A stretch of 32,051 bases of DNA from Armatimonadota bacterium (GTDB lineage: Bacteria > Armatimonadota > Hebobacteria > Hebobacterales > WVXJ01): assembly GCA_011773575.1 (NCBI GenBank), contig WVXJ01000137.1, forward strand, positions 1 through 32,051, read 5' to 3'. Below the pieces are notes generated by a model. That model was given only the letters and a program-made list of their open reading frames with translations. It made no database searches and was not told where the DNA came from. Shown here piece after piece: positions 8,492 to 16,135 of this stretch (positions within the stretch are counted from its first letter, which is position 1; each line of letters begins with the position of its first letter). Both the position numbers and the translations under genes were made by a program.

Positions 8492-9690
8492 CTTTCCACC
8501 CCTTTCTCGGCATGTAGGGCTGCCGACCGGATAAAGTTGTCGTAGAGGGTAATCACCTGGTGGGCCGTGTCGCCGTAACCGGGATTGGACGTCCACCAGT
8601 CGATGTGCCGGTAGGTCGGGGGGCGGCTGTCCGGATCGCCCGCGAGACGGGGAAGGGAGAGGTTGACTCGCTGCAGTAGCCAGTCGCCGATCCTCTCGCC
8701 CCAGTAGTTACCTCCCAGTTGACCCACATGGTAGGCCTGCTGCATACGGCTGAAGAGCACTCGCTCGGTCCATCCGCCTCCACCCGCCTCCTCAATTGGA
8801 AGCCGGTCTGCTGCTGTGAGCGTGGGCGGAGCCTGCTCCGCCGCTCGAGTCGCGAACTTTTCTGTTGCGGCGCTTATGGTCAATGGGCGGATGCCCCGAT
8901 GGGAGCAGCCGTCGGCCAGTCGAGACAGCACCTCTGCGCCGCGCTCGGGACCGCCTGCCCCGAGGGCAAGGGAAACGAGAGGGAAAGAGATTACGGCCAG
9001 CTCACCGGGCATATGCGCCAGAGTCTCACACATCGAGTGGACATCCTGCAGACCCGCCCGAAGATGATGGCGCAATTCGTCCGAGAGCCACTGCAGCCGG
9101 CGCGCCATCAAGGGGCCGCCGCCGTAGCGGGAGAGGTGTGCCGGATGGCGGCCATAGTTGACGCGGCCCGCTCCCTCCGCGAAGACTGTCTTTATGCCGA
9201 GCCGCCCGAGGGCATGGTAAACCTCGTGGTTGATGGCGAAGCCGCTTACCTCCGCCGCGCGCACAGGCCGGCCGGTCAGCTCCCCCAGTTCGTCCCGGGC
9301 CACCGCCATCGTCTCCGTGAATCTGGAGATGTCGAAGGCGAAGAGGCAGCCGTCTCTGGGGTCCGCAGCCACCGGCTCGACATTGGGGGCCCGCAGCATC
9401 TCTCCGATGGCGGTGGTCAGTTCGGGTGTCCAGCGCTTACTCATCTCCAGGAAGCCAGCAGAAACGGAGATCGAGAGAGGGACCCCCCGCACGGCGAGCT
9501 GGGTGAGGGCGGCTATCGCTTTCGTGAAAGTCGGCGCGACGATATCGCAGAACGCCGCCTCGGCTGCACACAGGTCAAAGAAGCAACGCTCCGCATCCTC
9601 CTGCGTCGCCCCCCGCGATACCGGAATCGCCGGCAGGCGCAGCGGCAGTGGAGTGTGCACTGAACTGTAAAGCACGAAGTTGTGTGCCAC
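8488..9690 (-). CDS. GH57-like protein, paralogue of 3491..4774, with catalytic residues lost (probable pseudo-enzyme). First gene of the operon.
   Basis: GTG start at 9690, preceded by GAGGA. It aligns with the AmyC-like paralogue across its full length (for example GFRGVFAEG / GIKTVFAEG). However, VHQP becomes VHTP, TDTTEMILSPEIY becomes AEVSGFAINHEVY (nucleophile Glu to Gly), and GWDFETFGEHH becomes ISFPLVSLALGAGG (acid/base Asp and the following Glu lost). Confidence 0.75.
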   Translation of the reverse strand: MAHNFVLYSSVHTPLPLRLPAIPVSRGATQEDAERCFFDLCAAEAAFCDIVAPTFTKAIAALTQLAVRGVPLSISVSAGFLEMSKRWTPELTTAIGEMLRAPNVEPVAADPRDGCLFAFDISRFTETMAVARDELGELTGRPVRAAEVSGFAINHEVYHALGRLGIKTVFAEGAGRVNYGRHPAHLSRYGGGPLMARRLQWLSDELRHHLRAGLQDVHSMCETLAHMPGELAVISFPLVSLALGAGGPERGAEVLSRLADGCSHRGIRPLTISAATEKFATRAAEQAPPTLTAADRLPIEEAGGGGWTERVLFSRMQQAYHVGQLGGNYWGERIGDWLLQRVNLSLPRLAGDPDSRPPTYRHIDWWTSNPGYGDTAHQVITLYDNFIRSAALHAEKGVER

Positions 9691-10180
9691 TAGTCCTCAC
9701 TCACTCAGCAGGATCTGTAGATCCGCATTCAAGCCCTAAGTGAGATGTTTGGTGATTCAGGGCAAGTGTAGTCCTCCTTCGTCTGCCGGCCGTGGCATAT
9801 TGGTCCGGTCCTTCGAACGAAAGAAATGCGTAAGCCGTGTTGTCCAGCGCAATGGGAGACAGTTTCCTCATTCCTCACCCTACCGATACGTCAGATAGGA
9901 GCCCAGCGTCAAATTCCCTTCACCGAAACGCTCGCTTGTCGCAGCGAACGCCGGCAGCCCAAGAAGTTTACGACATTGGCATGGGATCGCGTTCGGTAGA
10001 ATGACGATGGATGGCAGGCTGTTCGAACAACGCGGCTGGTTTCATTACAAGATTGCAGAATCTGGCAGGGTGAGCATTGGCGCTGCAAGCAAGAACAGCG
10101 TGCTTCGCGGAGCGGTAAGTGCAGCGCGCCGACAACACTGTCGGCTTCGCGAAAGGTATTATCAAGCTTGTGGTAACGCC

Positions 10181-10993
10181 CTACGACATAGCTGTCGAGG
10201 CGCGTCGGCTCGCCATATGTCTGCGGCGGCAAGGTGCCCAGAGCAGCCAGACATACAGGGCCTCCGGCAAAGTCGTTTTGACTGATTGTAGCGCAGTCTC
10301 GACGGCCGAAGAAAGGCGCGAGCTCTCTTGTTCGGCGTCCTCCAGCTCGCTACACCGGCGCTCGTACTCCCCCTGCAGATCGCCGACAGTTCGCAGTTGA
10401 CCGCGCTTCTCCGCCAACGCGAGCGCTGCCTCATTCAGCCGCGCCTTGCCCCAAGGTCTGAGAATCCTGGCCTGCGACTTTTCCAGTTCCTCAGCGACCT
10501 TCGCCGGGGACACCGCTGTGCCCAGACCGGCGCCGTATATCCTGTCCGTGATGCCCTCCGCGTCCAGTGTGTCCAGGCCTGCAAGCTCGGCAAGCCCAAA
10601 TGCGAACACACCGCGGCAGACTTCTTCGGGGATGTGTGCCAACAGACCAGAGAGTGCCGCTGCCGGTAGCTCCGCTCCGGCGTCTTCGTAGACTCGCACC
10701 GGGCCGCCCTTGCTGCCCGAGAACCGCTCGACCCATATCCGCCTGTCCGTTCCATCTGATAGCAGCACGCGACTCCCGTGTCGACCACCGGCAAGCGGAG
10801 GATAGCGGTTCTCCTTCTTCCTAGCATCCGGAAACCCATACATTAGTCCGCGGAGAAAGGCGAGTAGGGTCGTCTTCCCGGACTCATTCGGACCTGACAG
10901 GACGACCAGCCCTGAATCGAATTCACCTTGATCAGGGATCTGGCGGCCGTGGAACATGCCGGATCCGTCTATCGCCAGTCTCAGCAGCCTCAA
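10181..10993 (-). pseudogene. YhaN/SbcC-like AAA ATPase, N-terminal ~235 codons only (3'-truncated)
   Basis: The N-terminus is typical for the family: MRLLRLAIDGSGMF...VVLSGPNESGKTTLLAFL (Walker A), followed by the beginning of a coiled coil. The reading frame decays after ...SSAVETALQSV into TLPEALYVWLLWAPCRRRHMASRR and stops at 10181. Family members are ~900-1000 aa and carry the signature motif and Walker B at the C-terminus, and none of that is present here. The start overlaps the upstream nuclease gene by 4 nt. Confidence 0.75.
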
Positions 10994-12261
10994 CTTCGGT
11001 CCCCCTCAAGTAGCTCCAGGCAGACTGCCTCTGCTCTGGCCAACCAGATCAAGAGCTCAGCGTCCTCGGCAACGAACTCACTGCCGAGCGCCTTGCGCAT
11101 CTGCGTCTCAAGAGGAGCGAGTTCCTCCCGGATCTCGGCTATGGCATCCGGATGGGCACGGATCTCGTCCGCCACCTCAAGAAGCGTAGCCGCGAAGTCT
11201 TGTGCTCGTTTCCTTTCCTCCCGGTCGTATCCACGAGCCGTGCGAACCCGCAGCCGGTCAACCCACACGAACGGGTCATTGCTGCTGTGCTCGTTACGAA
11301 GGTGCTCAAGCACTCCATCCACGTAGCCGGGCCTGCTGAGATCGTGATGGAGATCGCCCGAGCCGACGAGGTCAATGGAGCAGACCACTGGTCTGCCCTC
11401 GCTGTCCTCCATGATCTCACGACACTTGCCATCGAGCTGGTCCAGCAACTCCTGATCCTCCACGAGGTCACCGATTGCGACCTCTTCGCTAAGCCAGCGG
11501 ACAGCATCTACCGGCACTAGTTCTTGTAAGAGTCTGTCGGCGTCAGCCGATACCAAGCAGCAGTACCGCTCTCCCGCTTCTGCCCGGCTCCTGCCCTGAG
11601 TGTTGCCAGGGTAGACGACAGCCGGGCTCTCCGTGCGCAGGACTTGCTTGTTGTGAACGTGCCTCAATGCCCAGTAGTCCATGCCCGCGACCTCCAAGTC
11701 ATCCAGGCAACAGGGTGCATAGTCCTCGTGGCCCCCAATCCCCTGGACGTTCGCGTGGAGCAATCCGATCGCTAGCCCCGGTTCCTGGTTCGCTCTGAAC
11801 TGCTGGGCGAGGTTGGTTCTTACCTCCTTCTGGCCGTGACTGATGCAGTATACCGTCGCCAAGCGCACGCCATTCCGAATGACCGGCACGGCCTCTACGT
11901 TCTGCGCCCCAAAACAGTGTGTCGCCGCAGGCCACTGAATGCGAGCCGACCACCCACCAAGCGGATCGTGGTTCCCGAAGACGACAAACGACTCGATGCC
12001 GGATCGCGCCAGGCGGGCCAGACCATCCCGGAATCGAAGCTGCGCCCGAAGGCTGCGGTCCTTGCCGTCATAGATGTCTCCTGCGATCAGGACGAAGTCC
12101 ACCTGCTCCCGTAGCGCGGTTTCGATGACTCGATCATAGGCCGAGAAGATTGCCTGCTGCAGGGCACTGGCCACGTGTTCCGGCGCAGCCGAACGCAGCC
12201 CGACGAATGGGCTGTCGAGATGCAGGTCGGCTACATGCAGGAACTTGAACCGCATCATCAC
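10990..12261 (-). CDS. SbcD/YhaO-like metallophosphoesterase DNA-repair exonuclease
   Basis: MRFKFLHVADLHLDSPFVGL, FVLIAGDIYDG, VVFGNHDP and LLHANVQG are calcineurin-like phosphoesterase motifs in Mre11/SbcD order. The gene is 423 aa and is followed by a 4-nt overlap with the ATPase gene. Confidence 0.85.
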   Translation of the reverse strand: MMMRFKFLHVADLHLDSPFVGLRSAAPEHVASALQQAIFSAYDRVIETALREQVDFVLIAGDIYDGKDRSLRAQLRFRDGLARLARSGIESFVVFGNHDPLGGWSARIQWPAATHCFGAQNVEAVPVIRNGVRLATVYCISHGQKEVRTNLAQQFRANQEPGLAIGLLHANVQGIGGHEDYAPCCLDDLEVAGMDYWALRHVHNKQVLRTESPAVVYPGNTQGRSRAEAGERYCCLVSADADRLLQELVPVDAVRWLSEEVAIGDLVEDQELLDQLDGKCREIMEDSEGRPVVCSIDLVGSGDLHHDLSRPGYVDGVLEHLRNEHSSNDPFVWVDRLRVRTARGYDREERKRAQDFAATLLEVADEIRAHPDAIAEIREELAPLETQMRKALGSEFVAEDAELLIWLARAEAVCLELLEGDRS

Positions 12262-12353
12262 CCTCTTCTGTTAACCGCCGCCACTGTTCACCACTGCCCG
12301 CAACGACCCCCACTCGGCCGCACACGCTCGGCGATCTAGATGGCGGAAGACGC

Positions 12354-13151
12354 TCATCCTCGCTTCTCCAGCCTCAGCCCCTCCGCCACCTTCGCCAACG
12401 CCTCGTTGATGCGGTTCACCACATCATCCGGCAGATTCGGGTCGTCGACCTCGACCCGAAGGACAAACTTCAGCTCGTGCTCCACGGCGGCGGCAACGAT
12501 GCTCGCGACTTCGTCGGCGAGATTCTGGATCTCGCCGGTTGTTAGTTCGGCTTGGGCTGCATATGCACCCGTTGGTACCTCGACAGGCGGGCCGACGGGA
12601 GGCTTCTCGGTCGGAACCCTCAGATGGATCGTCTGCGCTGCGGACCAATCACAGGGCCAGGGGCCGGAATCTTCAGTGCGCTCTACCATGCGAGTGCGGA
12701 TGGCGCCGTCGATGGCAGCGCACACTGTAGCCCAGGGAAGATTGACACCGGCCTTCGCTGAGAGCGCCGACGCGACAGCGATCCCGGTGGTCGCTCCATC
12801 CTGCCATGCGTCGGGCAGACTCTCCGGCAGAAGATCGATTGGGCTGATGGCCGCTGGCTGCGGCCCGAGAAGCGCCTGTTCAGTAAGGACGCCAGAGGGC
12901 ACGTCGTCCTTGAGGATACTGGCAGGGCCATTGCGCAGCCACAGGTAGCCTTGTGACACAGCAGCGCGGACAGCCCCCTCTACCACGTCTCGGGCAGTCT
13001 TCGGGACGGCTGTCGGCTGTTCATAGCCATTGCGCGGTATTCTGGCCACCTTGGTGCCGTCGAAGTAGGCGAGCATCTGAGCAAATGGGATCGCTTCCGG
13101 CGGGTCGGCCCATAAGTCGGGGAGCACGCCAGGCTGAAGCAGGCCAGGCAA
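12354..13151 (-). CDS. Hypothetical 265-codon ORF without a canonical start. Possibly the 3' remnant of a larger gene.
   Basis: The ORF caller begins it at a TTG directly after an in-frame TAG, with no SD-like element. The first ATG is codon 26. Composition and third-position GC look coding (...YLWLRNGPASILKDDVPSGVL...LPWATVCAAIDGAIRTRMVERTED...ELKFVLRVEVDDPNLPDDVVNRINEALAKV). No family assigned with confidence. Confidence 0.45.
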   Translation of the reverse strand: MPGLLQPGVLPDLWADPPEAIPFAQMLAYFDGTKVARIPRNGYEQPTAVPKTARDVVEGAVRAAVSQGYLWLRNGPASILKDDVPSGVLTEQALLGPQPAAISPIDLLPESLPDAWQDGATTGIAVASALSAKAGVNLPWATVCAAIDGAIRTRMVERTEDSGPWPCDWSAAQTIHLRVPTEKPPVGPPVEVPTGAYAAQAELTTGEIQNLADEVASIVAAAVEHELKFVLRVEVDDPNLPDDVVNRINEALAKVAEGLRLEKRG

Positions 13152-13318
13152 ATCAGACTACCCACAGGGCTGATGTTGTAGCCCCGATAGAGCAGTCCGA
13201 TCAGGGTCGGCTCTCCCGTCGGCCCCTCGAAGGCGATCACCCACCAGGTCAGGACGAAAAGACCCATCCCCCAGATGAGGGCGCAGGTCAGCGCAAAGGC
13301 TCCCGTATTCAGTCTCAT
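12980..13318 (-). CDS. Small membrane protein. The 5' two-thirds look native, and the 3' end is probably disrupted at about 13155.
   Basis: The ATG at 13318 is preceded by AAGGAGGA with a 5-nt spacer. The sequence MRLNTGAFALTCALIWGMGLFVLTWWVIAFEGPTGEPTLIGLLYRGYNISPVGSLI looks like a conserved ~80-aa two-helix membrane family. After ...VGSLICLA the second helix is cut short and the frame reads through Arg/Ser/Pro-rich text that overlaps the 265-codon ORF in another frame. Confidence 0.5.
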   Translation of the reverse strand: MRLNTGAFALTCALIWGMGLFVLTWWVIAFEGPTGEPTLIGLLYRGYNISPVGSLICLACFSLACSPTYGPTRRKRSHLLRCSPTSTAPRWPEYRAMAMNSRQPSRRLPETW

Positions 13319-13358
13319 TCTATCCTCCTTAGGCCAGAGCAAGAACGCTAGCCGCCGC

Positions 13359-14519
13359 CTACCAGCGGAAGATCGCCGCTATCGGCCCATCGGTTGGCAT
13401 GTCGTTGTCGTCTATCACGAAAACGCGAGCGCCGCTCGTGAATGCGCGAACGGCTGCCAGGTTCAGAAGTTCTTCATCGCCGGGTTGGGGACTGTCATGC
13501 ACTCGCATCTGACGCTTAGCAGAGCCAAATGTGCCCCAGCGTTGCGCTCCCTTCTCGACAAACAGAGTCGCGACGCGGCCATCGGTCGCAGCTCGGATGA
13601 CATCGGCGAGGTTCGTCGAGGCCCGCTCACCTGCTTTGAGCTGCCCGAAATCTTCAATCGCCTGAGTCTGCGCCTGGCGAACGAGCGGCGCGACGATTTC
13701 CCATGCTCGGCCCCTGAGTTCGTCCTCGCTCAGGTCATCAGGATTCGTCTTGACCCCCTCGTCGGTGAGGTTACGATAACTGTTAGCCTCGCGGTAGATG
13801 GGGTGAAGGTACTCGATTCCAGCGAGCACGAGCGGCACCGCCTCATCTCTTACGATGCCCTGGAGGGCTTTGTCGATCTGCCGAAAGTAGCGCAGGATGT
13901 TGGTCTTACGGTCGTCGGTACCGACGCCGTGGCCGTGGAAAACCGCGGTATGCCGGTCCCCGCCCGCGCCTGCACCGCTTGGCACCGTATGGGATTGGAG
14001 CTGCTTTTCCGGTTCATCGAAACGGAGAGCATCTGCCAGGTCCTTGGGCATCTGCTCGACAGGAATCTCGGCGATCTCGTACTGTGTTCCCTGAAAGAGC
14101 CTGGTGCCGCCCAGCCCCAGCGCCAGCACGAAATAGCGACCGTCGTCTGCGATCACAGAAAGAAGCGGAATGAGGTGGAAGCGGCTCTGGACGATCGCGG
14201 ACTCCTCGACAGGTACAGGCAACTGGTAGTATTTGAAGAATCCGGGCGCAGCGAAGAGGGCCATGCCGTTAGCTTGGTTCTGCCAGAGCGTAGGCTCATC
14301 AAGCAGCCCTTGAACAGGTTTCAGGAAATCTCCTCGTTCCTTTGCGGCAATCCCGTGCTCCTCCAGCAGGCTCTCTGCCTCCCGGGCCAGGTTCTTGAGC
14401 CGGGTCATGTTCTGCGAGGTCCCTGCGCCAACGTGGGTCGTGGGGAGGTAGAGCGAAAGACACGGCTTGCCTTCTAGCTCAGCGAGCAGTCTGAGTTCAT
14501 CTCTCGAGGGGAGGCGCAT
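13359..14519 (-). CDS. Bacterial archaeo-eukaryotic release-factor-like (baeRF / eRF1-Pelota-like) family protein
   Basis: The start was moved to the ATG at 14519, preceded by GGAGGG with a 5-nt spacer. The layout matches what I recall for baeRF families: N-terminal ...PCLSLYLPTTHVGAGTSQNMTRLKNL..., central ...RYFVLALGLGGTRLF..., ...PLVLAGIEYLHPIYRE..., and C-terminal ...ATDGRVATLFV...GPIAAIFRW. The assignment is from memory of the family pattern and was not searched. Confidence 0.6.
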   Translation of the reverse strand: MRLPSRDELRLLAELEGKPCLSLYLPTTHVGAGTSQNMTRLKNLAREAESLLEEHGIAAKERGDFLKPVQGLLDEPTLWQNQANGMALFAAPGFFKYYQLPVPVEESAIVQSRFHLIPLLSVIADDGRYFVLALGLGGTRLFQGTQYEIAEIPVEQMPKDLADALRFDEPEKQLQSHTVPSGAGAGGDRHTAVFHGHGVGTDDRKTNILRYFRQIDKALQGIVRDEAVPLVLAGIEYLHPIYREANSYRNLTDEGVKTNPDDLSEDELRGRAWEIVAPLVRQAQTQAIEDFGQLKAGERASTNLADVIRAATDGRVATLFVEKGAQRWGTFGSAKRQMRVHDSPQPGDEELLNLAAVRAFTSGARVFVIDDNDMPTDGPIAAIFRW

Positions 14520-14566
14520 TGCAGCCCTCCTGCGGATCATACTTCACCGCGCCGATCCGGTGGACA

Positions 14567-15304
14567 TCACTCCCGCCAGTACCTCGGCCGACCGTAGTAA
14601 TCATAGAGACGCATCTCATACTCGCGGTTGACAGGGGATGAGGGATCGTACTCGGGGCTTCCCTCAATCACCGCTGGGTCGAGATCTGTCTGCATCTGGC
14701 GATCGTGCCAGTTGATATGCGTGATCCAGCCTGGCGAGACGAGTACCTTCCTGCCGGCAAGCCAGGAGCCGATGTCAGCTACAAGGTAACGAATGGTCCA
14801 GTCATCGGTGTCGGCGATGACGTCGTCGACCTTCCCGATCTCTCGGCTTGCAGCGCGGATGCGATAGCCGATGACCTCGTTGACACTCCGCAGGTGCGGA
14901 TCGCCGCGGTCTTCCTTTTTCTCCTTCGCCGTCTCCGCGCTTCGCACGGGAACAGCCACAGGCGCACCCATACCGGCGACCGGCCAGTATGGGGCCCAGC
15001 GGTAGTAGTCTGCGAGGGCCGCTTCTTGCTGACGGCTGACAGGGCGATCAGTGCCAACGGTAGGGCTCTTCTCAATCTGCTCAGAGGAGAGTGACAAGGG
15101 TAGCCTCTGAGCCGACCACTCTGGCTCGCCCATGGACTCAGGGGATATCAGAACCTGTCGGCCTGACAGCCACCCGCCGGTGTCAACGACGAGATACCGT
15201 ACAACCAAAGCAGCGTCATCGAAATAGAAGTCCGCAACCTTGCCGATATCCCTGTCCGTCGCACTGATCTTGTAGCCTACTACCTCGTTCAGGCTCCTGA
15301 TCAT
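14567..15304 (-). CDS. Tandem PRC-barrel domain protein
   Basis: The ATG at 15304 is preceded by AAAGGAGGA. There are two repeats of the PRC-barrel signature (VVGYKISATDRDIGKVADFYFDD...VRYLVVDTGGWLSGRQVLISP and VIGYRIRAASREIGKVDDVIADTDDWTIRYLVADIGSWLAGRKVLVSP). They are joined by an Ala/Pro/Lys/Glu-rich linker. Confidence 0.85.
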   Translation of the reverse strand: MIRSLNEVVGYKISATDRDIGKVADFYFDDAALVVRYLVVDTGGWLSGRQVLISPESMGEPEWSAQRLPLSLSSEQIEKSPTVGTDRPVSRQQEAALADYYRWAPYWPVAGMGAPVAVPVRSAETAKEKKEDRGDPHLRSVNEVIGYRIRAASREIGKVDDVIADTDDWTIRYLVADIGSWLAGRKVLVSPGWITHINWHDRQMQTDLDPAVIEGSPEYDPSSPVNREYEMRLYDYYGRPRYWRE

Positions 15305-16135
15305 TTCGTTTCCTCCTTTGCCGACTCACTTGTCGGATTCGCATGTGGCCTTCGAAATAGCACGTCTCCTTCGCTGGAAACAGCGATCCACTTGCTCCTG
15401 CCAGCTCAACAGTGCTTCCTCCCAGGAACCACGTACCGGGACCAGGCACCTAACCTCCTCTTGCGATTCCCCATTCTGGGATCCACCGCACGCTGCTCTT
15501 GGCTCTTCCGTGCTCTCCTTTGCTTTGTCGCCGTTCTCACTTTGCTCCGTTCCCTTCGTGGCAGCATCTCCCCCTGCCTTGCGGCGGGCAGTAGAGAGCG
15601 CAGCTGACGCGGTTACTCAAACTACGCAATGCCGAGGCATCGAGTTCCTGCACCCCCGCCTCGATGGCTATCCCGGGCCGGTTCAGGGTTCGGGAAGTTG
15701 CAGACATGTGTACAATACTGCGAGCATCCACGCGGCCTTAAGTGCGGCCACTGGTTGCTTTGATCGTCACCCCTCGCCACTGCCTTGCTTAAGAGTAGCT
15801 TGGCCGAGATTCACACGAACCCCTCTACAGCAATGTCCAGAAATGGCACACGCGGTTTGGCTCGCCGAAGGACTTGATGTGAGCTCAGAAGAACCATTTC
15901 CTTGAGGAGGCCTGGCAGAGCGATGTCGAGTCGACCCTCGACACCGCAGTTACAGTCGCAGAGCCTATTCGGAAGTCCGCTCTGAACTCTGGCTGCGTGC
16001 CGCCGCGGAACGCACCGGCAATATCCCTGCGGCTTCCCGACTGCCTGTGAGCAGCCACAGGAGCTAGCCTGCATGACAGGAAACCTCTTGGCTATAGACG
16101 ACAACTGGCGAGAGCACACGGGAGGAGCAAAGCCC

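Noticed and set aside
9909-10400. Short ORFs in the GC-dip region: 9909..10232 -, 9968..10165 -, 10001..10285 +, 10119..10400 + and 10162..10434 -.
   Set aside because: They overlap one another, lack SDs, and their translations are not protein-like. The region is better explained as a rearrangement scar plus the promoter region of the glucan operon.
15397-15567. 56-codon highly basic minus-strand ORF (MLPRRERSKVRTATKQRRARKSQEQR...) upstream of the PRC-barrel gene.
   Set aside because: The G-rich element abuts the ATG with zero spacing. The composition follows simply from the purine tract, and the reading frame is not supported by any motif. It is kept only as a remote leader-peptide possibility.
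15318-15905. 195-aa plus-strand ORF, and the 64-77-aa minus-strand ORFs (15216..15449, 15537..15731), in the long intergenic region.
   Set aside because: The translations are low-complexity Ser/Pro/Leu/Cys-rich, driven by the polypyrimidine tract. There is no SD and no motif. The minus-strand acidic frame across the tract has no start codon at all.
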